In this document: in pieces, positions 18,813 through 27,709 of the stretch | Layout of the letters: each line of letters begins with the position of its first letter | Position numbering within the stretch: the stretch's first letter is position 1 | From: Candidatus Saccharimonadota bacterium | GTDB taxonomy: Bacteria > Patescibacteriota > Saccharimonadia > CAILAD01 > BJGX01 | NCBI GenBank assembly: GCA_016191105.1 | Contig: JACPPH010000006.1 | Span: 32,670 to 96,669 of the forward strand | Reading direction: 5' to 3' | Length of the DNA: 64,000 bases | Translations under genes and position numbers: made by a program | The notes under the pieces: model-generated | Databases searched by the model: none | Told to the model about the DNA's origin: nothing | Seen by the model: only the letters and a program-made list of their open reading frames with translations

Positions 18813-19712
18813 TCACGATTGGAGGGCCGTGGCCAGGTTGGAGGCGAGGTTGCGGATGGCCTGCTTGCCGTCGTCGGTGATGATCGGGATCGACCGCGAG
18901 TAGCTGCTCTCGGTTGCCAGACCGATGTTGAAGTTGATCTTCGGTACCTCGTACTCGACTGGCTTTTCAGGTTCGTGACGGTTCTTGTTCTCCCGGAGTC
19001 CGGTCATCATCGAGGCGTGGGTCTGCCAGGCCGGCATCTCGTCCTCGAGCTGCCATGGCTGGACGATGCCGCCGAGGCTCAACGCCACTTCGTAGTCGCC
19101 GACCTGGAATCGGGGGCGACCGAAGTGACGCAGGGGGCCTCCGCGCTCTTCCGTCATGATCTGCTCGACGATCTGCTCACTCGTGCACTCGGCTCCGATC
19201 GTCGTCAGGTTGATGCTGATGACCTCGAAGTCGAAGGTGACAAGCTCGCTGTCGGGCTCGACCTGTGCGGTGACGTCGATGTGCTGAACTGCGCGGTCGA
19301 TCTGGAGGGACTCGGCGAGCCCCACCTCGACCTGGTCACCGACGTAGGCGGCACTGAGATGCAGCAAGAACCAGGTGTCGTCCAGCTTCTGGACCTCGAC
19401 GGTGGTCTTGAAGAACCGACCAACGCCGTCGTAGTCGTAGTGGTAGCTGTACGAGCCCACCGCTTCGATGCCGGCGTCGATCTTGGTGAAGAGGTCGGTC
19501 AGGAACCGATCGTCTCCACCATACATCTCCTCGACGAGCGGCTTCAACAACGCGATCCCGACGCCACCATCCTGGATCAGCTTCTTCTCGGTGGCATTCG
19601 ACCCGGCCGTCTGGCCAGAGGCGAAGAGTCGGAGTGCGTTGCGAACGGCCTCGATCCCTTCGAGTGGGATGCCGCTCAGGTATTCCGTGGTATTGACGGT
19701 GAGGAAGCTCAT
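18813..19712 (-). CDS. Hypothetical protein, GC-rich codon usage
   Basis: AGGAAGGAG RBS, consensus promoter upstream, strong G/C third-position bias. Confidence 0.75.
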   Translation of the reverse strand: MSFLTVNTTEYLSGIPLEGIEAVRNALRLFASGQTAGSNATEKKLIQDGGVGIALLKPLVEEMYGGDDRFLTDLFTKIDAGIEAVGSYSYHYDYDGVGRFFKTTVEVQKLDDTWFLLHLSAAYVGDQVEVGLAESLQIDRAVQHIDVTAQVEPDSELVTFDFEVISINLTTIGAECTSEQIVEQIMTEERGGPLRHFGRPRFQVGDYEVALSLGGIVQPWQLEDEMPAWQTHASMMTGLRENKNRHEPEKPVEYEVPKINFNIGLATESSYSRSIPIITDDGKQAIRNLASNLATALQS

Positions 19713-19783
19713 GGCTTCACTCCTTCCTGTAGGTGTGGGGTGCGACCGCTTTCACGGCCCTAGACTTACTAGAGATGCTGACA

Positions 19784-19812
19784 ATGTTACCATAAGTAAT
19801 TTAGTTTGTCAA
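19784..19812 (-). promoter_or_regulatory. Sigma70 promoter for 18813-19712
   Basis: TTGACA-N17-TAACAT with extended TG. Confidence 0.75.
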
Positions 19813-19830
19813 TACCCTGGTGTTAATCCC

Positions 19831-20477
19831 TTATCGGAGTACTGGTGATCCGTTGAGCTTCCATCTGTTGTATTCGGGAGTTAGTATTTCTCTCCAGTAG
19901 GCAGCGTTTTCGAGTATTAGGTGTAAATTATTGCGTATTCGCTCCACCATGGGAGACTCAGAGTCATTTTCTGGGTCTTTTTTGGTACTTGCTAACCTGA
20001 TAAGTGGACTAATTTGCTGGGTGTAAACTTTTCCATCTTTTTTAACTACAAAATCCTGTGGAAATACCAATTGTTTACACCTCAAGCCTATCATCGTGTG
20101 GTTCAACTGCCAGTACTTTTTAGTCATGTTGTTGATAAAGCCGATGGAGAAGTGTACAAACTCCGATAGATCCTTTTCTACGTTCTTGACCCCATTAATC
20201 TCTTTTTTGTTTTCAACAAGGCTCTGTTTTACCTTTTCGATTGCTTGTTTAGTATAGTCAGCGAGTTCGGGACTATTTGCCAACAAGGTTATTAGCCTAC
20301 TTTCTGTTCCTGAAGCTCAATAGACCGCGTCTCGAGCCGTTTAAGATACTCAAGCTTAGTTTGTTGTCTCTGACGCCAAACTGTATCAAGGGTGGTCTCT
20401 AGATCCGTACAGCCCAAGGAGAAGGCTTCATCCAGCTTATCTAAGACCGATTTAGTCATAACACTGGGGCTAGTCAT
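19831..20477 (-). pseudogene. Serine recombinase C-terminal remnant (frameshifted, catalytic domain absent)
   Basis: Coiled coil plus KQLVFPQ..VYTQQISPLIRL..KKD pattern; spans a GCTCCACCA core; broken near 20290. Confidence 0.65.
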
Positions 20478-20587
20478 AGTACCTACGGTATACTCCTGTA
20501 TAGCGTACTACGGGCAAATTTGAAGACATCCAAAGAGACTCCTTTATCTTGTAAGTAGGGGCGGTAGGTGATAACTAACCCAACCTT

Positions 20588-21709
20588 CTAGCTTATTAGA
20601 GTTAGTAGTTTTGGAAAATAGTAGACAGTGGCACCCTTTGTGCCTCTAACAGATCTTATGGAATCGATCACCCTATCTTCTAATAATCTGTTAACCAAGG
20701 AACTGGCAGTAATTCTAGAGATTTTCAGTGTCTTTATTACATGGGAGATTTGGAATACTGGTGTTTCAAATATCATGTTAACCATTCTGTTCATATTGGG
20801 GGATTGTGAACCTTCGTACCTATCAAGCAATATCTCATTTAGCTTGGTTATCTTTTCTACAAGACTGATCGATATGCCACACTGTTCCTTTAAGGATTCC
20901 AGGAAGAATATTATCCAAGGGGTGATGTCGCCAGTTGTGTCAACATAGTGAAGCATCTGACGGTATTCCTTTGCTTTTTTCTCGAAGTATTCACTGGTGT
21001 AAAGGACGGGGGCAGAAAGTGCACCCTGGTATTGAAGAAGGGCAGGGATTAACATTCTACCAATTCTTCCATTCCCATCCTCAAATGGGTGGATAGCCTC
21101 AAACTGATAGTGGAAGATTGCAGTTTTTATCAAGGGCGTCTCATCTGTGGAGTTAAAATAGTCAACCAGATTATCCATATATCCTTCCACAGCGGTGTAG
21201 AAAGGTGGAACATAGGTAGCTTTTTGTATGGAAGTGCTCTTGTTTTTACCTATCCAAACATCTTTTGACCTAAATTTACCAAGAGCTCCGTTATGAGGGG
21301 TTCTATGTAAGAGAACATAGTGAAGTTGACGTATCTGGTATTTTGAAATGCCGCCCTTTTGATCTTTTATCTTCATAGCAAGACGCATCGCATCACGATA
21401 ATTTGCAACTACGATGGTATCTTGTTGGGGCGCTTTGCCTGTTGCGTCAAGAATGAAAACATCCTTAGAATCGGTGATTGTACCTTCTATCTTGGAGCTT
21501 AGAGAAGCCTCTCTTGTTAGTAGGGGCTTTATCAAGTGTTCTGCATTAGATATTTTACTGTGTGCAGTTTGGAGCATACCTAATGCATACGAAGCTTCCG
21601 CTAACTGCCGGTAGTACTTGCTGGGATCAAGATTTTTTAAGGGTAAGTATGATGGTTGACCGTATTTTACATTCATGATATATAACTTTCTATGAATATT
21701 ATACATCAT
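20588..21709 (-). CDS. Fic-family protein with C-terminal HTH
   Basis: SSKIEG inhibitory-type motif and HPFEDGNGRIGR Fic motif. Confidence 0.93.
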   Translation of the reverse strand: MMYNIHRKLYIMNVKYGQPSYLPLKNLDPSKYYRQLAEASYALGMLQTAHSKISNAEHLIKPLLTREASLSSKIEGTITDSKDVFILDATGKAPQQDTIVVANYRDAMRLAMKIKDQKGGISKYQIRQLHYVLLHRTPHNGALGKFRSKDVWIGKNKSTSIQKATYVPPFYTAVEGYMDNLVDYFNSTDETPLIKTAIFHYQFEAIHPFEDGNGRIGRMLIPALLQYQGALSAPVLYTSEYFEKKAKEYRQMLHYVDTTGDITPWIIFFLESLKEQCGISISLVEKITKLNEILLDRYEGSQSPNMNRMVNMIFETPVFQISHVIKTLKISRITASSLVNRLLEDRVIDSIRSVRGTKGATVYYFPKLLTLIS

Positions 21710-21774
21710 ACATTATGTTTGTATATACACTATATATCTTTTCTTGGAGAAGGTACTATGTGGGTGTCATTCCC

Positions 21775-21891
21775 TCAACGGAGTAGAGCAGATCTGTCGA
21801 GCTTATACCTCTCATAATCCGAGTACAGCAGTTCTCTCCAGTAGGTTATGTTTTCAGATAAAGCTTGCCAACTTTTTGCTATCCTCTCCAC
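21775..21891 (-). other. Orphan 38-codon recombinase C-terminal tail in the attR arm
   Basis: VERIAKSWQALSENITYWRELLYSDYERYKLDRSALLR*, 18/38 identical to the tail at 19831-19947. Confidence 0.8.
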
Positions 21892-21893
21892 CA

Positions 21894-21926
21894 AAGAAAG
21901 ATCAGATTAAACCTGGTCTCTTTTTT
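21894..21926 (+). terminator. Probable original tmRNA terminator displaced by the island
   Basis: AGATCAG/CTGGTCT stem plus T run directly after CTCCACCA. Confidence 0.65.
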
Positions 21927-21928
21927 GA

Positions 21929-21957
21929 TTGACAAATATACTTTAATCTTATAAAAT
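21929..21957 (+). promoter_or_regulatory. Sigma70 promoter
   Basis: TTGACA-N17-TAAAAT. Confidence 0.75.
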
Positions 21958-22024
21958 AGTGGCGTTCTTGAATCTGTCGTCTGGTGAACCATTCACCACA
22001 GATTCAGAAGAAAGCAGGTCTACA

Positions 22025-22261
22025 ATGGGTGCACGAAATGCAGCCGACGACCCAACCAAGAAACCCCTCCACGCCTACCTGAGCAAAAAAGCTCACGATG
22101 CTTGGCAGGAGGCGAGCGATGAAGCTGGTGTGAGCATGTCCGCTCTTCTAGAGGCCATTGGCCTTAGTTGGGCGGAAAAGCCACCGACAGAAGACGCTGA
22201 GTGGTTCGACGCCATCGCAGGCCGGGCGCGCAAAATCGATACCTTTCGTCGCCGGCGCTAG
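22025..22261 (+). CDS. Small protein, possible ribbon-helix-helix DNA-binding fold
   Basis: LHAYLS strand, then helix, then GVSMSALLE pattern. Confidence 0.55.
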   Translation: MGARNAADDPTKKPLHAYLSKKAHDAWQEASDEAGVSMSALLEAIGLSWAEKPPTEDAEWFDAIAGRARKIDTFRRRR

Positions 22262-22272
22262 AGGAGGAGCTC

Positions 22273-22599
22273 ATGGCAACCACGCTATTGTTCAAGGCCG
22301 GCCAGCAAGTAATCTGGAACCCGACACTCGATGGCAACAAACAGCTTGCAGAGCTCCAGCGCGCATACAGCGCAGGGCCGTTCAGGGTGGTTGAGGTGCG
22401 TTCTTGCGGTCAGTCACCTTGCAACTGTGGCAGCCCACCTGGCTACCCGCATAGTTCGAGCTGCCCCAAGGGACTCGGTCGGTTGCTCGGTCACCCCCAG
22501 TGGCTAATCTTGACCGATCTGCAAGGCCGACCCATCAACAGCTGCTTCCACGACATGGGTCCGGTGCAACTTTCGGGCCGCTGGTTCGCAGCAACCTGA
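22273..22599 (+). CDS. Hypothetical Cys/His-rich protein
   Basis: GAGGAGG RBS; CNCG..HSSSCP motif. Confidence 0.6.
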   Translation: MATTLLFKAGQQVIWNPTLDGNKQLAELQRAYSAGPFRVVEVRSCGQSPCNCGSPPGYPHSSSCPKGLGRLLGHPQWLILTDLQGRPINSCFHDMGPVQLSGRWFAAT

Positions 22600-22629
22600 G
22601 CCAAACACAACTACAAGGAGGGAATACCC

Positions 22630-22674
22630 ACGGAAAAGACCACGCGGTCCACCAGTCCGTGGGTCTTTTCGTTT
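22630..22674 (+). terminator. Intrinsic terminator
   Basis: GAAAAGACC/GGTCTTTTC stem. Confidence 0.7.
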
Positions 22675-22870
22675 ATAGAACAAGCCGTTGTGGTACTGAC
22701 CTCTCTATATCTGCACAGCCTTGCTTTTAAAAGAATAGACCGACTAAGGCCTTGCTATAAGCTAGTAGTCATTTTTTTTGTACAGATTGACTTTTTAACT
22801 ACAAAGGACAACAATAATAGCAACTTGTCCGAAAGGCGGACTTGTAGCTCCAGGAAGGTGGTTAGCGACC

Positions 22871-23251
22871 ATGTCCAAGATAGCAACCGAAAGTCGGGTG
22901 CAGAAGGCAAAGCCTTCGCGCCACGGCGTGCCAACCAGGGAGAGCATGATCGGCGACATCGTCGACGAACTGGGATGCAGCCTCGACGACGCGAACCTCA
23001 CCGTCACGATCATCGACCGGATCGGCGCGAAGCTGCGAGCCGGCCAGAGCCGGGTGCAGATCGACACCTGGGCCGAGTTCAACGCTGTGCATCCTTTGCT
23101 CAACCAGATCATGCCGCCCGGGCAACGAGCGCCCCAGGCCGGCACTCTGCACGCCAAGGCCAACGCCTACGCCAGCCGTGACAAGCAAGTCGCACTGGTG
23201 CACGTCGGCAGCAAGAACTGCATCATCATCGCCGACGACGTCGTCGTCTGA
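22871..23251 (+). CDS. Hypothetical protein, GC-rich
   Basis: AAGGTGG upstream, C/G third-position bias, followed by a hairpin. Confidence 0.6.
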   Translation: MSKIATESRVQKAKPSRHGVPTRESMIGDIVDELGCSLDDANLTVTIIDRIGAKLRAGQSRVQIDTWAEFNAVHPLLNQIMPPGQRAPQAGTLHAKANAYASRDKQVALVHVGSKNCIIIADDVVV

Positions 23252-23311
23252 TCGGCAACATCTCGATCATCTAGCGCTTCGCCGCGCGAATGGGGCATCC
23301 CTCTACGCCCC

Positions 23312-23346
23312 CGACAGAGCCCTCGCTCCCGCCGGGGGCTTTGTCG
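23312..23346 (+). terminator. Intrinsic terminator-like hairpin
   Basis: CGACAGAGCCCTCG/CGGGGGCTTTGTCG. Confidence 0.6.
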
Positions 23347-23426
23347 TTACATTTGTTATAATAATGGCTGAGATCTATAGGGCGGCCAACAGGCCGCTTA
23401 TCCGTTCCAAGACAAGGGAGAGGGAC

Positions 23427-23996
23427 ATGACCCGACCATATCGAATCCAGGTCGTATCTGTAGGTGTGGGCAAATCGCAGGTGATTGGCGCCAAGCCAAG
23501 CGGAGAGGAATGGTCTTCGGCCATTCACAAGGAGCCTGTCAGCTCTCGTAGCCTATGGGTTGATCGCAACGGCCTCGAAGGGGATACCCAGGTAGACAGG
23601 AGGGTGCACGGTGGTGACGACAAGGCAGTGTATGCATATCCTAGCGAGCACCTAAAGGCGTGGGCTGAGGAAGTCGGTCGTGAGATCACCGCGGCTGAGC
23701 TAGGAGTGAACCTGCTAGTAGAGGGTGTGACAGAAGAGACTGCGAGGATCGACGACAAGTGGTGGTGGAACGGTGTAAGGCTGATCATCACCAAGCCCCG
23801 TCAGCCCTGCAACACTCTGAGACATCACACCGGGATTCAAGACATCCGGCTGAGGATGAAAAACAACGGTTTCTGTGGCTGGTATCTGAGGGTGCTGCAG
23901 CCGGGCAGGGGTCTCACCAGCGGTGACATCTCAGTTACCCCTGGTTATGGGCCGACAGTTGCCGAGGTCTTTGCTGGAAAGACCTTCGAAACCTAA
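23427..23996 (+). CDS. MOSC-domain protein (YiiM-like)
   Basis: SAIHK, GLEGD.Q.D.RVHGG.DKAVY, PRQPC, GWYLRVLQPG. Confidence 0.9.
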   Translation: MTRPYRIQVVSVGVGKSQVIGAKPSGEEWSSAIHKEPVSSRSLWVDRNGLEGDTQVDRRVHGGDDKAVYAYPSEHLKAWAEEVGREITAAELGVNLLVEGVTEETARIDDKWWWNGVRLIITKPRQPCNTLRHHTGIQDIRLRMKNNGFCGWYLRVLQPGRGLTSGDISVTPGYGPTVAEVFAGKTFET

Positions 23997-24043
23997 GGAC
24001 ACCACGCAGGCGCGTAGAGGTCTTCACAAGCCGTCAGAAGGGT

Positions 24044-24075
24044 GACAACAGTCGCTTTTCGGGCGGCTGTTGTTA
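24044..24075 (+). terminator. Intrinsic terminator
   Basis: GACAACAGTCGC/GCGGCTGTTGTT stem. Confidence 0.7.
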
Positions 24076-24178
24076 TTTATAGAGGCTTTGCATATAATAT
24101 ACGAGACAACGGGCGGGCAAATCAGCCCGCTTTTTGCGAATTGACCCCACAAGTGAATCGAAAGAAGGAGGGCCTGTC

Positions 24179-24637
24179 ATGGCCAAACCAAAAGTAGCAG
24201 TCCTGATGGGCTCGCCCAACGACATGGACAAGATGAAGCCGGCGGCCGACACACTGGAGCGCTTCGGACTTGAGGCCGATGTGCGGGTGCTGTCCGCTCA
24301 CCGTAACCCCGATCAGGTGGTGGAGCTGGTGAGCACCGCACGTGAGAACGGCTACGCGGCACTCATCTGCGGTGCTGGCATGGCGGCTCATCTGGCCGGC
24401 GTATGCGCCGCCCACACCACCTTGCCGGTGGTGGGGGTCCCCTTGAGCGGTGGTGCTCTGAACGGCGTCGATGCGCTCTACAGCACTGTACAGATGCCCA
24501 AGGGGATCCCGGTGGCCACCGTGGCCATCGATGGTGCCATGAACGCCGCCCTACTGGTGGCGGAAATGCTGGCCATCACCGACGAGACCCTGCAGGACAC
24601 TCTCTACTTGTATCGCCAAGAGCTCGCCAACAAGTAG
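24179..24637 (+). CDS. purE: N5-CAIR mutase / AIR carboxylase
   Basis: MGSPND, SAHR, AGMAAHL, ALYSTVQMPKGIPVATV; AAGGAGG RBS. Confidence 0.96.
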   Translation: MAKPKVAVLMGSPNDMDKMKPAADTLERFGLEADVRVLSAHRNPDQVVELVSTARENGYAALICGAGMAAHLAGVCAAHTTLPVVGVPLSGGALNGVDALYSTVQMPKGIPVATVAIDGAMNAALLVAEMLAITDETLQDTLYLYRQELANK

Positions 24638-24667
24638 TCCGACCCCAACCCAACGGAAGGAAATTCC

Positions 24668-25561
24668 ATGAACACTATCGATTTGCCGCTGCTGTCCTCG
24701 AACAAGGTGCGGGATGTCTACGACGCCGGCGACGGGAGGCTTCTGCTGGTCACCAGCGATCGCCTCAGTGCCTTCGACGTTGTGATGAATCAGCAGGTGA
24801 AGTACAAGGGCATAGTGCTCAACCTGATGTCGGAGTGGTGGTTCAACTTCTTCGGTGATACGCCCAACCACATGATCACCACCGATCTGGCCAAGATGCC
24901 ACCAGGAGTGCCACGCGTTCCTGAGCTCAAGGGTCGAGTGATGCTTTGCCGCAAGGCCGAGATGCTGCCCATCGAATGCATCGTGCGTGGCTACATCACT
25001 GGTTCGGGCTGGAAGGACTACAAGCGCGACGGTGCAGTCTGTGGTCACCAACTGCCCGAGGGGCTGCTGGAGTCGCAGAAGCTGCCCGAGACGCTGTTCA
25101 CGCCCTCTACCAAGTTCGAAGCCAAGGATCGCAACATCGAACTCGACGAGGCAATGTCGCTCACAGAGGAGCGATTCTCGGGGAGAGGGGAGAGCTTGGT
25201 GTTGTCGGCACGCACCATGACCACCAACCTCTACGAGGAGGGTGCGGAGTGGGCGGCCGAACGCGGCATCATCATCGCCGACACCAAGTTCGAGGTCGGG
25301 GTGGTAGACGGTGAGCTGACCGTCTGCGACGAGATCCTGACTCCTGATAGCAGCCGGTTCTGGCCGGCTGATCAATGGGTGCCAGGCACAACGCCACCTA
25401 GCTTCGACAAGCAGCCTGTGCGTGACCACCTGGATGCCTCAGACTGGGACAAGGAACCTCCACCACCCGATCTTCCAGATGAGGTGGTGGAGGCAACCAG
25501 CGGCCGATACGTCGAGGCATACAAGCGGATCACCGGCAGCACGCTCCCACTGGCCGCCTGA
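24668..25561 (+). CDS. purC: SAICAR synthetase
   Basis: KVRDVY, SDRLSAFDV, ECIVRGYITGSG, ADTKFE, DEILTPDSSRFW, DKQPVR. Confidence 0.96.
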   Translation: MNTIDLPLLSSNKVRDVYDAGDGRLLLVTSDRLSAFDVVMNQQVKYKGIVLNLMSEWWFNFFGDTPNHMITTDLAKMPPGVPRVPELKGRVMLCRKAEMLPIECIVRGYITGSGWKDYKRDGAVCGHQLPEGLLESQKLPETLFTPSTKFEAKDRNIELDEAMSLTEERFSGRGESLVLSARTMTTNLYEEGAEWAAERGIIIADTKFEVGVVDGELTVCDEILTPDSSRFWPADQWVPGTTPPSFDKQPVRDHLDASDWDKEPPPPDLPDEVVEATSGRYVEAYKRITGSTLPLAA

Positions 25562-25602
25562 GCCAACAACAGCAATATCGCAAGCAATGGGTCGCAAGAC
25601 CC

Positions 25603-25653
25603 CGAAAAGGACTTCGGAATTTTCCGTCACCCATTTCGGGGTTCTTTTCGTTT
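25603..25653. terminator. Terminator after purC
   Basis: CGAAAAGGACTTCGGAAT / ATTTCGGGGTTCTTTTCG stem. Confidence 0.7.
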
Positions 25654-25787
25654 AAGCAAAATTTGCTATTGGCATGTCGGCATTTGGCGTTGTGCAAAAA
25701 GTTGGCCAAGGCCAAATAAAATTCGTAGCGTCTAAAAAATTAAATGTAAAAATTGTTAAAAATGTTTTGGGCAAATTTAGTACAGTA

Positions 25788-25880
25788 TAAAAAAAGCAGG
25801 TTAGCGTTTGCCCGGGGGCGTTGCTAACCTGTTGGAAGAGCTTTGTTTTTGTTTTTGAGTAATTTATGTGTGCAGCACTA
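25788..25880 (-). ncRNA. Candidate small RNA of about 90 nt
   Basis: TTGACA(25915-25910)-N18-TATTAT promoter; CAGGTTAGC/GCTAACCTG hairpin plus T7; no credible ORF. Confidence 0.45.
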
Positions 25881-25979
25881 ATACAATAATAGCGCTTATG
25901 CTGAGTACCTGTCAACAACTTTTTTGAACTTTTTTATAAGTTTTTTAATACAAAATTTTATTCGTGCACCCCCCAACAA

Positions 25980-26984
25980 TTATAATTGGCCGTCGCGGGC
26001 GAGTGAGTTGAGCGCCAAGCGCTCAATAAATGCAATTTGAGCCGGCGCAATATTACGCTTTTTGCCACGCCACGTACTCAGCGCTGGTTCTTGCACGGCC
26101 CGTGAATACGAAAAGCTAATTGGCCAAGGCTCTTTGCCGGCCCGGGCAATGGCGTTGAGATCCTCGGTAGCTTGCCGAGGAGTCTGCCCACCAGATAGAA
26201 AGACGATTCCGGCTACCTCCTTGGGCACCCGCTGGCGTAACACCCTTACAGTAGCTTTGGCCACATCTGATGGGCTAGACGGCCTAGAGCTGTCGTGGCC
26301 AGCCAAAACCATACTGGTTTTTAAAATAACACCCTTAAGATCGACCCGATAAGCAATTAACAGATCGAACAGCACTCGCAACACCTGGGAAACCACTTGC
26401 TCGCAGGTTTCTAGGCTGTGATTGCCCTCATATAGCACCTCAGGTTCGACGATTGGCACCATACCGGCCGACTGAACCAAGCAGGCATAGCGAGCCATCT
26501 GGTTGAGATTGGCGTGAATAGCCGCGGCAGTTGGCAGGCGTAATTTAGAGTCTATCTGAAAAGCTGCCCGCCACTTGGTAAAGCGAGCGCCCATTTTGTA
26601 GTATTCGTCGAGGCGTTCGGCCAGGCCATCTAGGCCTTCGGTAATGGTCTCGGGCTCGAAGTTGGTGAAGGGGACTAAGCCTTTGTCGACCTTAATGCCC
26701 ACAGCTATACCTTGCCTTCGCAAATATTTGGTAAACTTAATACCAGAGTTGGTTTTTTGGCGAATGGTCTCGTCGTATAGAATAACTCCACTAATATATT
26801 GTGCGAAGTTAGGTGCAGTAAATAGCAAATGGCGATATCGGCGCCGCATTTCGGGCGAACTGGGTATGCGCAAGGCTGCAAACCGCTTCTCGGCCGACTT
26901 ATTGCTTTCATCGGCTGCCAGCAGGCCCCTAGGGTCGGCCATAAGATCCTTGGCTATCTTGGCTAAATCACTATTAGCGCTCAT
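25980..26984 (-). CDS. Fructose-bisphosphate aldolase class I
   Basis: GLLAADES, GIKVDKG, FTKWR, VPIVEPEV, FLSGGQ, FSYSRA. Confidence 0.95.
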   Translation of the reverse strand: MSANSDLAKIAKDLMADPRGLLAADESNKSAEKRFAALRIPSSPEMRRRYRHLLFTAPNFAQYISGVILYDETIRQKTNSGIKFTKYLRRQGIAVGIKVDKGLVPFTNFEPETITEGLDGLAERLDEYYKMGARFTKWRAAFQIDSKLRLPTAAAIHANLNQMARYACLVQSAGMVPIVEPEVLYEGNHSLETCEQVVSQVLRVLFDLLIAYRVDLKGVILKTSMVLAGHDSSRPSSPSDVAKATVRVLRQRVPKEVAGIVFLSGGQTPRQATEDLNAIARAGKEPWPISFSYSRAVQEPALSTWRGKKRNIAPAQIAFIERLALNSLARDGQL

Positions 26985-27083
26985 GCTTACAATATTAGCA
27001 CGTACACCAGGAAATATTAAGTATTTTGATAGAGCAATCTTGTAATCTCTACAGAATGTTTATGCTATAGCACAAAGTATAAG

Positions 27084-27533
27084 TTACTTTGACTGCCCAA
27101 CTTCACGGTCAGCATCGCGCAGCATATCGTGTTTTTTAATCTGTTGGCGTTTGTCAAACTGCTTCTTGCCACGGCCGGCCCCAAGCTCAACTTTTACCAA
27201 ACCGCGCTCAACACCAACGCTTAGTGGCACCACGGCCATGCCACCAGACTGCACTAAGCCTTGCAGCTCATTGAGCTCACGCCTATGCAGCAGAATTTTG
27301 CGACTTTGGGTGGGCTCGTAGTCTTTGAGCCCAGTAGCGTGTTTATAGGGGGTGATGTGGGCATTGGTAAGCCAAGCTTCGCCGCCGCGAAAGCTTACAA
27401 AGCTACCTTTGAGGCTGATAGCCCCAGATTTTACACTTTTAACTTCGTGACCAGCCAATACTAAGCCAGCCAAGACCGTTTTAGCGATGTCGTAGTCATA
27501 GCGGGCCCGTTTGTTGCTGGCTACAATCTTCAT
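27084..27533 (-). CDS. smpB: SsrA-binding protein
   Basis: NKRARYDY, GHEVKS, RKILLHRRE, GKKQFDKR. Confidence 0.96.
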   Translation of the reverse strand: MKIVASNKRARYDYDIAKTVLAGLVLAGHEVKSVKSGAISLKGSFVSFRGGEAWLTNAHITPYKHATGLKDYEPTQSRKILLHRRELNELQGLVQSGGMAVVPLSVGVERGLVKVELGAGRGKKQFDKRQQIKKHDMLRDADREVGQSK

Positions 27534-27567
27534 AAGCTCAATTATAGCGTATAAACCCTGCAATCAG

Positions 27568-27697
27568 ATACAACAACTTCTGCATTTGGCGCATTACTGT
27601 GTTGCTCACTACGCTACTCCTTTGGCGTACGATTTTGTACGCTGCCGTCCGTTGCTTACTCGCACCTTGTACTGCACTCAAATCAGAAGTCTTGTAT
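27568..27697. repeat. ERIC-like palindromic element B (130 bp)
   Basis: ATACAA..ACTTCTG.ATTTG / CAAATCAGAAGT.TTGTAT arms; central GCGTAC/GTACGC stem. Confidence 0.65.
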
Positions 27698-27709
27698 AAT
27701 ATGGACATT

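Larger units (their letters stand above)
13689..21893. mobile_element. Composite genomic island at the tmRNA 3' end
   Basis: CTCCACCA direct repeats at 13689-13696, 19942-19949 and 21886-21893; the last is followed by a terminator; one intact and one remnant serine recombinase. Confidence 0.85.

Noticed and set aside
18588-19763. 391-aa + strand ORF
   Set aside because: It is the antisense shadow of the GC-rich 18813-19712 gene plus repeat IR2. The minus gene has the RBS, promoter and codon bias.
24551-25429. 292-aa minus-strand ORF over purC
   Set aside because: Antisense artefact of GC-rich codon usage.
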